Source of the DNA: Macrostomum lignano
Lineage: Eukaryota
Direction: 5' to 3'
Assembly: GCA_002269645.1 (NCBI GenBank)
Contig: NIVC01001462.1
Location: forward strand, 1-64,000
DNA: 64,000 nucleotides
Below are positions 1 to 23,255 of the stretch, piece by piece. The translations under genes were made by a program, and so were the position numbers. Each line of letters starts with the position of its first letter. Positions within the stretch are counted from its first letter, which is position 1. Below the pieces are notes generated by a model, which saw only the letters and a list, made by a program, of their open reading frames with translations, made no database searches and was not told the origin of the DNA.

Positions 1-1923
1 GCAGCAGAATCTAATCAATTATCGCAGCAGAGATTCCTGTGCAGGCAGCCTTGATGTAATGAATATTTAAAAAGAATAACAACATTGATTTGTACTACCG
101 ATGAAATCATTAATCTCTTGAGCGTGTCTCTATTATAAGTAGACCGACTGTGTTGAGTAATTGATCTTGTTTGTTAATGTTTTGCTTATCTCGTGTAAAT
201 GATTTAATTTACTATCAGGGAAAGTAATTTTGATAGTTTGTCTTGTGTTCTGTTAGATAAATTTATATTGTTAATGTCTAATGCTAGACAACAACTAGAT
301 GCTGCAGCTATATTGAGTAAATTTTCTTTTAGTTCTATATTGCACTTCATTGCCTACGTTTCCGTCCATTATTCTCTTCTATGTGCTGCAAAAAATATTC
401 TTTAAGTATTGTTATTTTAAAACTCATGTCTTACTTATTTAAAATTGGATAGAAAATGTGTTGTTTTCTACTACTCGTACAAAAGTTCCAGACTACTGTT
501 AGTACAAAATTAAAACATTTTTGTCATTTTTTGTTTTCACTTCAACAAATTTAACAACATTATTCGTTTAAGATTTCATGCAAGGCATTGCTTTGTTGTG
601 ATATAAATAACCCCACCCATGGATTCCTTTCGCTTCTATAGAAGCTTGTGAGGTACTAAGACTGAAGAAAATATACAATGAAAATTCACTTTGGCATCAT
701 GGTTTAGTTCCAATAGCACTGTTTTTTTATTGTTAGTGCTTCCTTTCGCATTGCTTGTTATTTAGTTTTTAATGTCAATGTATCTTACTATTTTTATGTA
801 GTTTAAGATCTCTGCACATGAAACCTAATGTAACATAAACCACGCAGCGGTTTCCGACGTTGTGAAGTTTTGAGTTTGTGAATCCCCCTCCCACAAAACA
901 GTCAGCTGCATTGAATCGAATACGGAGGATGAAGGGGGCACGTAGGCTAGCGATTACAAAAGGGCTTTTTGTATTTGTTAGAGTCGAGTCCTTCCCTAAC
1001 CTCAAAACCCAAAACCATCATTATTAAAAAAGATATATAGCAGTACTTTGCATTATAAGTTTAGAAAATAGGATACTCTGAAATTGCTATGAGCTCGTAT
1101 TTGTCATCTTCACTTGTATGCTGCGCTATTTTTTTATGAATCATCACTATTTTTCCATGCTACACTGTGGAAACTGTGGTTTAAGAATTGGTAGGTAGTC
1201 TTTTAGCAACATATACCCTTGCTACGATGTCTTCTAGCGGACATAATTTCAGTCCGTTTCAATTGTAACTTGATTCAAATGAAAGCTGCGGATCTCAGCT
1301 CCATGATGTGGTCAAGAAAAAGTTTATTCGAAGGAGCGCGTGTGAACAGGCCAGTGTTATGTACATAAAGGTTAAAGAAAAAAAAGTGAGGAAAAGACAA
1401 ACTGCTAGATTATTCAGCTAGATTGCGAGGAAGAATTAGCCTTTAAATATATTTTTAATTATTTGAGTAACTCCTCTAAAAGAAGAATTCACAGTACAGT
1501 GTATTTTATTATACAGCCCTAAAATTATCCTTGAAAGTTACTTTGAACAGTTTGCAAATTCTGGACATTCGAGATACAAATAATTTTTCTGTCGGTATAC
1601 CTCTAGGCTCTATCTTATTTTTAAACATAATTTTTTCGCAATTCATGTACATCGTTAAATTTTGTGTTCAAAAATGCCACTGAAAATCAGAAAAATAATA
1701 TTCGTTTCTAATAAAGCATTTGAAATTTAAGCGGGGTTGATTTTTTGCCCTAAAGACACTAAGTACTTTAGGTATTGACACATGGCTTAACTACCGTTGA
1801 GTACAAAGATGAAACACTTTCTTCTGTAGGAATTAGCAATTTTCGTATAGATTTTTTCCCAATGAGGATTTATAATCATACTTAACTGTTTGTTAATCTG
1901 CAACATCATTCATGCTGCCAGTC

Positions 1924-3094
1924 ATGGACCAGCAGCCTCAGCCCATTGAAGAAGTTGCTTGTCCGATGTGCTCTCGGCTGTTCTCAGCCGCCAGATTCGC
2001 TGAGTATTTGCGTCACTGCAACAGTCACAGCATCGGGCAAGAGTCTGAGACTGAAAGTGTGCATGAGCAGGTGGTGGATCCTGGTGAGCAGAGAGATGAG
2101 CGGCCAGTTAATGAGCAACTCGCTGAGCCAGAAGCAGATCGGGGTTCTCAGCAAGTTGGGCATTCGCTGAAGTGCCGGCACTGTGAAAGAGTTTGCCAAC
2201 AGCCTGGAGTTGAGACGGCACGTCAGACGTCATCAGCATCGCGTCATCGACATATCGTTGAGGTGCAATACTTGCGGCAAATGTTTTTCTAGCCGAAGTG
2301 AGTTGTTGATTCATCGCCAAGTCAAGAAGCCGTTCAAGTGCTGCGCTTGCGGCAAGTGCTTATGTAGCCGATATAGTCTCCTCAATCATCACCGAGTGCA
2401 CACAGGCGAAAAGCCTTATAAATGCGACGAGTGTGGAAAATGCTTTGCTGAGCGGAATACTTTATTGGCTCATCGTCGAGTCCACACAGGTGAAAAACCT
2501 TTTAAATGCGGCGAGTGCGAAAAATGCTTTGCTCAGAAGAGTCAATTATTGGCTCATCGCCGAGTCCACACAGGTGAAAAGCGTTATAAATGCGACGATT
2601 GCGGCAAATGTTTTTCTCAGCAGATTTCCTTAAGGACTCATCGCCGAGTCCACACAGGTGAAAAGCCTTTTAAATGCGACGAATGTGACAAATGCTTCGC
2701 TCAGCGGAATGTCCTTTTGGCTCATCGCCGTGGCCACACAGGAGAAAAACCTTATAAATGCGACGTCTGCGGAAAATGCTTTACTGAAAAAAGTAAATTA
2801 TTGGCTCATCACCGTGTCCACACAGGTGAAAAGCCTTTTAAATGCGCCGATTGCGGTAAATGTTTTTCTCATAAGAGTTCCTTAAGGACTCATCGCCATG
2901 TCCACACAGCTGAAAAGCCTTATAAATGCGACGAATGTGGCAGGTGTTTTTCTTTCCGAAGTAACCTTGTGGCTCATCGCCGAGTGCACACTGGCGGCAA
3001 GCAGTTCAAGTGTGACGATTGTGGCAAAAGTTTTCCTGGCCAAAACCGACTTTTGAAGCATCGCCGAGTGCACACCAGTAGCAAGCCAAGTTAG
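1924..3094 (+). pseudogene. C2H2 zinc-finger gene, copy 1; frameshifted near 2188
   Basis: ATG at 1924 matches the start of copy 2. Copy 1 reads TGTGAAAGAGTTTGCC where copy 2 reads TGTGAAAGAGAGTTTACC, a 2-bp loss in an AG run. This splits the N-terminus (ORF 1912-2292) from 9 tandem fingers with TGEKP linkers (ORF 2183-3094). Confidence 0.85.
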
Positions 3095-3606
3095 ATCGTC
3101 AGTAGTGGCAAACAGTAATAAATACGAGCAATAAAGGGTTTGTACAATCATGAAGACACAGGCGCAGTGGCTTAACATTTTCCGCATTGAAGGTCTCTCG
3201 TTTGAAGGATATTACTGACGTGTAAACACGCCTAATTGAAGGTTGGTATAAAAATGCTACTAAAATTGAATGCGTTTTTTGCGTTGGATGTATATTGTAC
3301 TCGATTTAATGTTAGTGATGGAGGCTTGTTGAATATCCGTTTTCCCTTTGTTGACTATAGTATCCATTCAAATCATGTTACGTATTTTCTATTTGGTAGT
3401 TAATGGATATTGTTAGTTTGTTTAACTTTATAAATTCATTAACGGCTTTTAAAACGTTTTGCAATGACACTGAACTGGCCACATGTATAAAACTGGAGTG
3501 GCCATAATAATTTTACCTAACTCCGCTCCAAGTCATTTTTTGTGTTTTTTAATACAATACGTTTGAATACATAAGCAGAAGAGAGGGGCAATAACATTCT
3601 GCCTTG

Positions 3607-4728
3607 ACTTAGCTTCAGGGGATCTGTGCGTCTGGAAACAGCGACGAGGCGTCACCGCCCATTTTGCTTACCCCTTGCGACCACGGGCAGCTAGTGGTGC
3701 GGTGTCGTGCAGGGAGCTCCGGTGGTGCCGGTGCTCGTAGCGCGGTCCCCCTCCGGAGAGTCCAGGAGGTGTTGATGGTCGCTCGCCCGGTAGCTTTTAG
3801 GTATCGGACAAGTTGACAGTGGTTCTGGGGCCTAAAAACTTTGGGGAGGTCCGTGTTTGGGCCGAGATAAGTGAGCCTGTCTCTGCGGTTGAGTCCAAGC
3901 AGGGCCCTGCGCAGGGCTGAGGAAGGGCAGGACACAGCCGCGTGGGATTGCTGGCAGTCGGGAGCGTTAGCCTACCTCTCCCTGTGCTTGAAGCCACCCA
4001 CTGGTTGATCTGAGTGGGGGCTACGGGCAGAGGACCAGTAAAAGAACCGGTCCAGCCAGCCTTGACCAGGCAATCGGCCAGCTCGTTGCCGGGATGACCC
4101 AAGTGCCCTGAGATCCACCTAAGGGACACCTTATTGGAGGCGCCTGAGCGGTTGAGCTGCCCGATGCAGTCGAGAATTGTACGTGTACGCGAGCAGGTGT
4201 TGGTGCGCTCAAGGGCTTGGATCGCTGAGGGTAATCTTCTTCCATCAGTCGCGCAGACTGTACAGCTCCATGGCGCAGGGGCTGATGGCGAGAAATTCGT
4301 TCTGGAAAATGGTGGAGCATTTCACCGGTCCCAACACGATGCAGTAGCCGTAGCCTGAGGCGGAGTTGATTTAGGACCCGTCAGAAAAGCAGTGGGTTTT
4401 ACGGGGTTTCCAGTTGTCCCTTGCTTCATGACGTGGTGGAATGCTAGTTTTGAATTTGAGCAAAGGACAGGGCATGGACGGGATCCTGTCCGAGGATCAA
4501 CAGGCCTCCCGCTGCTTCCGGGTCTCTCAGGCTGAGGTCGCCGTGCGACCGGAGGTTCCGCTTCCTGAAGGCGAACTGCTTCTGGGATGGGGTCACCCGC
4601 GTCAAGCAGACGCCAGGTGGTCTTCATTGCCTCCCCTCTGACACAGAGGTCAAGAGAGGAATGTCCGAGGAGTTCATGCCAGCCAAGTGCGTAGAGGGAG
4701 CCGCGCTCATGATAGCTCGACAAGCGCG
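3607..4728 (-). mobile_element. 5'-truncated, degenerate non-LTR retrotransposon 3' end with RNase H (I/R1-group-like)
   Basis: Minus-strand frames give SAIQALER...SLRWISGHLGHPGNELAD (RNase H motifs). Flanked by direct repeat GCCTTG at 3601-3606 and 4729-4734. The paralogous flanks near 8240 and 10130 lack the insert. Confidence 0.8.
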
Positions 4729-5978
4729 GCCTTGCACATGCTACTGAATCATGGAGTCAAATTCCTTTAGTCCAAGTTGCACGGTAAAACAATTTCAATA
4801 GTTTGATTCTGTCGTCTGCATATTCAGAAGTTCATTCAGCACCATCAGCGAATTTGTCCATGGCACTTCCTGAACAAATCTAGCATTGACTCGGCCCTCT
4901 TCTTAGTGTTGTGTGGGATTGTCTTTTCTACTAGTCGGTCCAGCTCCTCCTTAATACACACATGGCGCTGTAGTACCCCATCGCCAGAATGAACCATTGA
5001 TGTTATCAGCGTAAGCAGATCCGAATGGACTTCAAAATCTGCAGTATAATCAGCGGGAAAATTCCCTCGGGAAAATTAGTAATAGATTTTTATATGATAG
5101 ATTTACCAGTAGTTGGATTATAGATTATGGATTTTATTTTTAGTAATTTGGGTATATCCAAAAAGAAAGAGAAAGTTAAGTGTAGCGTAGTGTATTTTAA
5201 TATACAGCCACAAAAATAATCATTTTTAACTTCAAATCAATATACTAAAACTGACGCCTTGTTTGTGTGTATTAGGCTATAAATTCTGGGCACTCGAGAT
5301 AAAAGTGATGGAGATTTTGGTAGACCTCTAGGCACTTACCCTGGTATTCTTAAACAAACTTGACGCAATTCATGACGTTATTAAATTTTGTCAAGGGTGT
5401 AGTCGGTTGGTCTTGATTTTCGAATATTCATCGTTCAAGGTATTAGTAAAATGTAGATAAGAAACTGTCTGCATTAAATAAACTAGTTTTCACGTAAAAA
5501 ATTTCGTGCTTGTAAATGCCAGTAACAATTTTAAAAAATACATAAGATCCTAATAAAATATATGCAATGTAAACACAGTTGATTTTTTCTTTGCCTTTCA
5601 TTACAAAATACTTTAGGTATGGATGCATGGTGTAACTACGGTTGGGTACAAATATGAGGCACTTATTTCTGTCGGAATCAGCATTTTCTTAAAGATTTTG
5701 TTTCCTTCATTAGATTTCAACAAGTAAAATGATAGAAAATAAGATATATTTATTAGTTAATTTCAATAATCCCAGTTTTTTCTAAGTAAACAATTCTACC
5801 TAAGATATTTTCCTTCTGCAGTTTAATTTCATAAAGTAAATTTAATTTAAACAAACTACTTAAACATAGAATTGACTTTCGATCAGCAGCCTTTGCCCAT
5901 CGAATGTAAGCCTCAGCTCAAAATAAAAGCAGTAAGGAAACCGTTTGTTAATCTGCAACATCATTTCAGCTGCCAGTC

Positions 5979-7268
5979 ATGGACCAGCAGCCTCAGCCCA
6001 TTGAAGAAGTTGCTTGTCCGATGTGCTCTCGGCTGTTCTCAGCCGCCAGATTCGCTGAGTATTTGCGTCACTGCAACAGTCACAGCATCGGGCAAGAGTC
6101 TGAGACTGAAAGTGTGCATGAGCAGGTGGTGGATCCTGGTGAGCAGAGAGGTGAGCGGCCAGTTAATGAGCAACTCGCTGAGCCAGAAGCAGATCGGGGT
6201 TCTCAGCAAGTTGGGCATTCGCTGAAGTGCCGGCACTGTGAAAGAGAGTTTACCAACAGCCTGGAGTTGAGACGGCACGTCAGACGTCATCAGCATCGCG
6301 TCATCGACATATCATTGAGGTGCAATACTTGCGGCAAAGGTTTTTCTAGCCGAAGTGAGTTTTTTATTCATCGCCAAGTCAAGAAGCCGTTCAAATGCTG
6401 CGCTTGCGGCAAGTGCTTATGTAGCCGATATAGTCTCCTCAATCATCACCGAGTGCACACAGGTGAAAAACCTTTCAAATGCGACGATTGCGAAAAATGT
6501 TTTGCTGAGCGGGGTGCTTTAATGGCCCATCGCCGTGTGCACACAGGTGAAAAGCCTTATAAATGCAACGATTGCGGCAAATGCTTTGCTCGGCAGAGTA
6601 GCTTATGGACTCATCGCCCTGTCCACACAGGTGAAAAGCGTTATAAATGCGACGATTGCGGCAAATGTTTCTCTCAGCAGATTTCCTTAAGGACTCATCG
6701 TCGTGTCCACACAGGTGAAAAGCCTTTTAAATGCGACGAATGTGACAAATGCTTCGCTCAGCTGAATGTCCTTTTGGCTCATCGCCGTGGCCACACAGGA
6801 GAAAAACCTTATAAATGCGACGTCTGCGGAAAATGCTTTACTGAAAAAAGTGTATTATTGGCTCATCGCCCTGTCCACACAGGTGAAAAGCCTTATAAAT
6901 GCGCCGATTGCGGTAAATGTTTTTCTCATCAGAGTTCCTTAAGGACTCATCGCCGTGTCCACAGAGGTGAAAAGCCTTTTAAATGCGACGACTGCGGCAA
7001 ATGCTTTGCACAAAAGAGTCTATTAAAGGCTCATTTTCGTGTCCACATAGGTGAAAAGCCATTTAAATGCGACGACTGCGGCAAATGTTATGCTCACAAA
7101 AGTACCTTTTTGCGTCATCGTCGTGTCCACACAGGTGAAAAGCCTTTTAAATGCGATGACTGTGGCAGCTGTTTTTCTTGCCCAAGTAACCTTGTGGCTC
7201 ATCGCCGAGTGCACACTGGCGGCAAGCGGTTTAAGTGTGACGATTGTGGCAAAAGTTATTCTCGCTGA
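5979..7268 (+). CDS. C2H2 zinc-finger protein, copy 2 (10 tandem fingers plus one truncated), 429 aa
   Basis: Single ORF with repeated CxxC...HxxxH fingers and TGEKP linkers, and an N-terminal CPMC...HC (UBZ-like) motif. TGA at 7266-7268 replaces the CAA of the other copies in the last finger. Confidence 0.88.
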   Translation: MDQQPQPIEEVACPMCSRLFSAARFAEYLRHCNSHSIGQESETESVHEQVVDPGEQRGERPVNEQLAEPEADRGSQQVGHSLKCRHCEREFTNSLELRRHVRRHQHRVIDISLRCNTCGKGFSSRSEFFIHRQVKKPFKCCACGKCLCSRYSLLNHHRVHTGEKPFKCDDCEKCFAERGALMAHRRVHTGEKPYKCNDCGKCFARQSSLWTHRPVHTGEKRYKCDDCGKCFSQQISLRTHRRVHTGEKPFKCDECDKCFAQLNVLLAHRRGHTGEKPYKCDVCGKCFTEKSVLLAHRPVHTGEKPYKCADCGKCFSHQSSLRTHRRVHRGEKPFKCDDCGKCFAQKSLLKAHFRVHIGEKPFKCDDCGKCYAHKSTFLRHRRVHTGEKPFKCDDCGSCFSCPSNLVAHRRVHTGGKRFKCDDCGKSYSR

Positions 7269-8740
7269 AACCGACTTTTGAAGCATCGCCGAGTGCACAC
7301 CAGTAGCGAGCCAAGTTAGGTCGTCAGTCGTGGCAAAAATTACTAGTCAAAAGAGTGTTTGGACAATTATGAAGTTGCGACGCAGTTGTTTAAAATTTCT
7401 GCTTTGAAAGTCTCGTTTGATGAATATCACCCAATTGTAAATACGCTTAATTAAAATTTGGTATGAAAACTGCTATTAAATTTAAGAGCAGCATTTTTGC
7501 GTTGAATGTGTGTTGTACTCAATTTTCATATTGGCGATGGAGGCTTGCAAAATATAATTTCACTCTTTTTTTGACTGTACAATCTAGTCAAGTCAAGATA
7601 GTATTTTCTATTTGGTAGTTTATTTATATTGGTTATGTTTTTATCTTTGAATTCACTTAATGACATTTAAATGTTTTGCAATTAGATTGGACCAGATAGT
7701 AGAATAACTAAATATGTCACTCGCAAAAAATGCGCTCATCTACTTTTCTTTCAGTAGCAAAATTAGCGTTTTTTGCCTTTACTTTTAGTCCTATCTAGTG
7801 TGTGTGTGTATTTCAAGGAGAGAGGGTTGGGGCCCACGCCGATAAACAAACTCCAGCCTAACTTTATAACCCACTTTTTTTGCTGCTCTCTCATTGGCTG
7901 AGCTAGATTACCCAGACTGAGTTTCGTCTGTCTTGCGTTCAATAGCATGTACGTTGATTCAAATAAAAAACCTCTGGGCCCAAAACCAAGGAAGGGAAAG
8001 GAATTTTAGCTTGCCAAATTAAATTTTACCGAAATTTCACGAACAGCTACTGAAAGAAAGTAGGCACTCTACTTTTTCATGACTTTAAATGCAAGTGACA
8101 TATCTAGTTATTCTACTATCTGTGGATTGGATTAGCCACTTCTGTAGTACTAGACTGGCGATATTTATTTGACCTCAATTCAACTCCAAATCATTTTTCG
8201 TGTTTTTTAATAGATTTACAAACAGTACGCTAGTAGCAGTAGAAGAAAGAGTGGTAATAACATTCTGCACATGTCACTAATCATGGAGTCAAGGTCGTTC
8301 AGTGTAGTTGCAGCGTACCTCTATTAATCCAGTAGCTTGATTCTGTCGTCTGCATATCCAGAAGTTCATTCAGCACCATCAGCGAATTAATGCGTCACTG
8401 GTGATCCACACGTTCTTATCCCACTTCCTGAACACATCCAGCATCCACTCGGCATTCTGTCTAGCGTTGTGTGGGATTGTCTTATCGACTAGTCGGTCCA
8501 GCTTTTCATTACACAACACATGGCCAGAAACGGCCATTGGTGTGTTGTCAGAATAAGCAGATCCGAATTATTTCAAAATTTGCTGTATATTCAGCCAGAT
8601 TGCGAGAAAGAATTAGCGTTTAAATATGTATTTAATTATTTGTTTAACTCCTCAAAAATAAGAATTCACAGTTCAGTGTATTTTATTATACAGCTTTAAA
8701 ATTATCCCTTGAAAGTTAATTTGAACAGTTTGCAAAGTCT

Positions 8741-9498
8741 GGATCAGTCTCGCTTAGTGGCTCATCGCCGAATTTACACGCGCGGCAATCCTTAAGTGCG
8801 ACGATTGCGAAGAATGCTTTTCAGTTCGGCGTCAGCTCTTGACTCCTCATCGCCGAGTCCACAAAGACAGCAAGCCGTTCAAGTGTGACGATTGTGGCAG
8901 AAGATTCTCTCACCTAAACAAAGTGTTGATTCATCGTCGGGTCCACACTGGCGAAAGGCCATTCAAATGCAACGACTGCGGCAAATGCTTTACCCGTAAG
9001 GAGAGCTTATTGACGCATTGCCGTATTCACTCGGGCATCAAGCCATTTAAGTGTGACGACTGCGGCAAATGTTTTTCTAGTTCGATTGAACTCTTGCTTC
9101 GTCGCCGTGTTCACACAGGTGAAAAGCCCTTTAAATGTAACGAATGCGGCAGACGCTTTGATCATCAGTGTGCCTTACGGATTCATCGCCGTGTTCACAC
9201 AGGTGACAAGCCGTTTAAGTGTCAGGTTTGCGGCAGGTGTTTTGCAATCCGAAGTAACCTCTTGAGACATGGTCGAGTGCACAATGGCGACAAGTCGTTC
9301 AAGTGCGACGATTGTGGCAGGTGTTTTTCTTGTCAAAGTAAACTTATGGCTCACCGCCGAGTGCACACTGGAGGCAAACCGTTCAAGTGTAACGATTGTG
9401 GCAAAAGTTTTCCTCGCCAAAACCGACTTTTGAAGCATCATCTAGTCCACGCCAGTAGCAGTTCAAGTCACGTCGGTCGTGGCAAACGGAATTGTTAG
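8741..9498 (+). pseudogene. C2H2 zinc-finger gene, copy 3; 5'-deleted
   Basis: Upstream flank 8597-8742 matches 1420-1563, then jumps directly into degenerate finger sequence. No cognate ATG or N-terminal region. About 7 fingers in ORF 8839-9498, one with H->R. Confidence 0.8.
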
Positions 9499-10995
9499 TC
9501 AAAAAAGTGTTTCGACAATCATAATGATGCGGGCGCAGTTGTTTAACATTTTCTGCTTTAAAAGTCCCGTTTAAAGTATACTCAGCATCATGGAAAAGTT
9601 GCCATCACAGAAGATTTCATCTGTGGTCGCCACTTTTGAGAGTGCAGGTAAAGTCTCTCAATCTTTGCGAGTGACGCAATTTAGCTACGCCACGGAAGAC
9701 TTGAATTGAGGAATGAAGTGGGGCGGAGCGGTGTGCGAGGGTTGGACGGATTAAAGCTGCCCCTATTAGTTTTCTCGCCGCCTATTTTATTTCAGAATAT
9801 TCCTAGAGAAATTGCTCACTGGCACATAGAGTGGCAACTTTTTAATGTTGCTGAGTATATATTAACCAATTTTAAATACGCTTATTTGAAATTTGCTTCA
9901 AAATTTAAGAAGCAAAATTATTTGCTTCTTATGGGGTTAGCGGTTTTTTGCGTGCGATATTTTTTGCCCGATTTACATGGCTCATATTGGTGATGGGGGT
10001 TTGCGGAATATCATTTTTCCTCCTGTGTTGACTATAAAATCCAGTCAAGTCAAGATGCGTATTTTCTAGTCGGTAGGTTATGTATATGGTTAGATTCAAA
10101 ACAGTAGCAGAACAAATAAAGCGTAATAACATTCTGCCAATGCCACTGAGTTATCGAGTCAAAGTCCTTCAGTGTTGTTGCAGTATGCCTCCAACTTTGA
10201 GTTAAAAAAATTGATTCTATCCTTTTCATATCCAAAAGTTCATTCAGCACCATCAGCGATGGTCCGTCACTGGTGACCCACAGTTTGTAAATTTGACTCT
10301 AAAATAATTCTTTGAAATTTCACAACAGTTTGTTTTTCCTAAACGTACTTTTGGTTACGTAATTAATTTGCATTGGTAAATTTTGTCAACGTTGTAGCTT
10401 GTAGTCAGTTTGTTTTAACATTGGAATATTTATGCAGTTGTTGTCAGCAACTCTTCTTTTTACTGAACTCTTTGTATTCATCTATCGTGCTTATTCAAAA
10501 TATTCAAACATTTATCTGCTGGTAATAAAGTCTTCGTTATTTGTTGTTAGCGGTGCATCTTAAGCAGAGTTGTTTTTTTGTTCTTGTCAGCCTTCCAGTG
10601 CTGAACTCACAAGGGCAGGGGAGACAGTACTCTGCTTGCAGTTAATACTGAGTAGAAAAACAGAACTTCCCACCCTCAGTGCATTGCCAAGCAATAATAA
10701 GATTGCACTGAATAGTCAAGTCGGTAGTAGCTTTGGCCACGAAGAAGAATACAATAGACGACCATAGAGTGCTCGTACACTCGTAGTTGTACAGTTGCTA
10801 TTTTCAGCCTGACTGTACATTCTTTAGCTAGTGCTGGGTAGGCAGACGGACAGACCGGCATAATTTAAGAATTGCTCACATATTTCGTCATTACATTCGG
10901 GCTGTTATTTAAACGCGTTAGTATAAAATTGTCTGAGCAAACAAGCTTTATCCTAAAAGGACACTAATATTAATTGCAGCTAGGCTTCAAACGCA

Positions 10996-22061
<11,066 letters not shown>

Positions 22062-22494
22062 TTGACAGCTTGCAATAAATTGAAATCAACTGCGTTTCTG
22101 GCGCCAATAATATTCGAAGACAGACAAGATATTAGCGTATTCAGACACCCTTCCTGTTTCTGTTTGCTGTGTCTAAACCTGCGGTACCTGGGGTTATCAG
22201 CTGATAATTCTGCAGTCAAGAATTAATATATCATTAATGACAACTGACCAAACGATATTTAACAAAACTTTCTGAATGGTAGAAGAAAAATCTATGCCAA
22301 TTCAATAACTACCTAGGAATAAAATATATTGGCACTAACCTTGAATTGTTAGGCACACTGCGATTGTTTTCTTCTGTTCTGTTTACCATGCTCAATTAAT
22401 AAAACACGGATACCTACACGGACTGATATTGTGGATTGAAAAAAATTTACTTCATTAGTTAATTTGCTAATCTTGAAAATAATATTCATAATCC

Positions 22495-23150
22495 TCCACC
22501 CCAATCTTCAACACCCACCATCCCAATTTCATCGCCCAGCACCCCAATCTTCAGCACCCACCACCCCAATTTCAACACCCACCACCCCAATTTCAACACC
22601 TACCACCCCAATTTCAACACCCACCACCACAGTTTTCAACACCAACCACCCCAATCTTCAGCACCAGCCACCCCAATTTCAACACCCACCACCCCAATTT
22701 CAACACCCACCACCACAGTTTTCAACACCAACCACCCCAATCTTCAGCACCAACCACCCCAATTTCAACACCCACCACCCCAATTTCAACACCCACCACC
22801 CCAATTTCAACACCAACCACCCCAATTCAACACCAACCACCCCAATTTCAACACCCACCACCACAGTTTTCAACACCAACCACCCCAATCTTCAGCACCA
22901 ACCACCCCAATTTCAACACCCACCACCCCAATTTCAACACCAACCACCCCAATTTCAACACCCACCACCACAATTTTCAACACCAACCACCCCAATCTTC
23001 AACACCCACCACCCCAATTTCATCGCCCAGCACCCCAAAATTCAACACCCACCACCCCAATTTCATCGCCCAGCACCCCAATCTTCAGCACCCACCACCC
23101 CAATTTCAACACCCACCACCCCAATGTCTAGCACCCACCACCACAATCTT
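22495..23150. repeat. 21-bp C/A-rich minisatellite (CCACCCCAATTTCAACACCCA)n between IARS1 and EMC4
   Basis: Seen directly. Confidence 0.92.
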
Positions 23151-23255
23151 TAACACCGCTTCACGCCTGACTTTCCTCGCCAACCCCAAGTGTCTCTGCC
23201 CATTCCCAATCCGGATTCAACACCGTGTGCACACAGCAGTCAAACAAAAATATGC

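Noticed and set aside
22464-23153. Pro/Thr/Gln-rich 229-aa protein
   Set aside because: It is a translation of a 21-bp minisatellite with a non-ATG start, and EMC4 has its own recognisable first exon at 23256.
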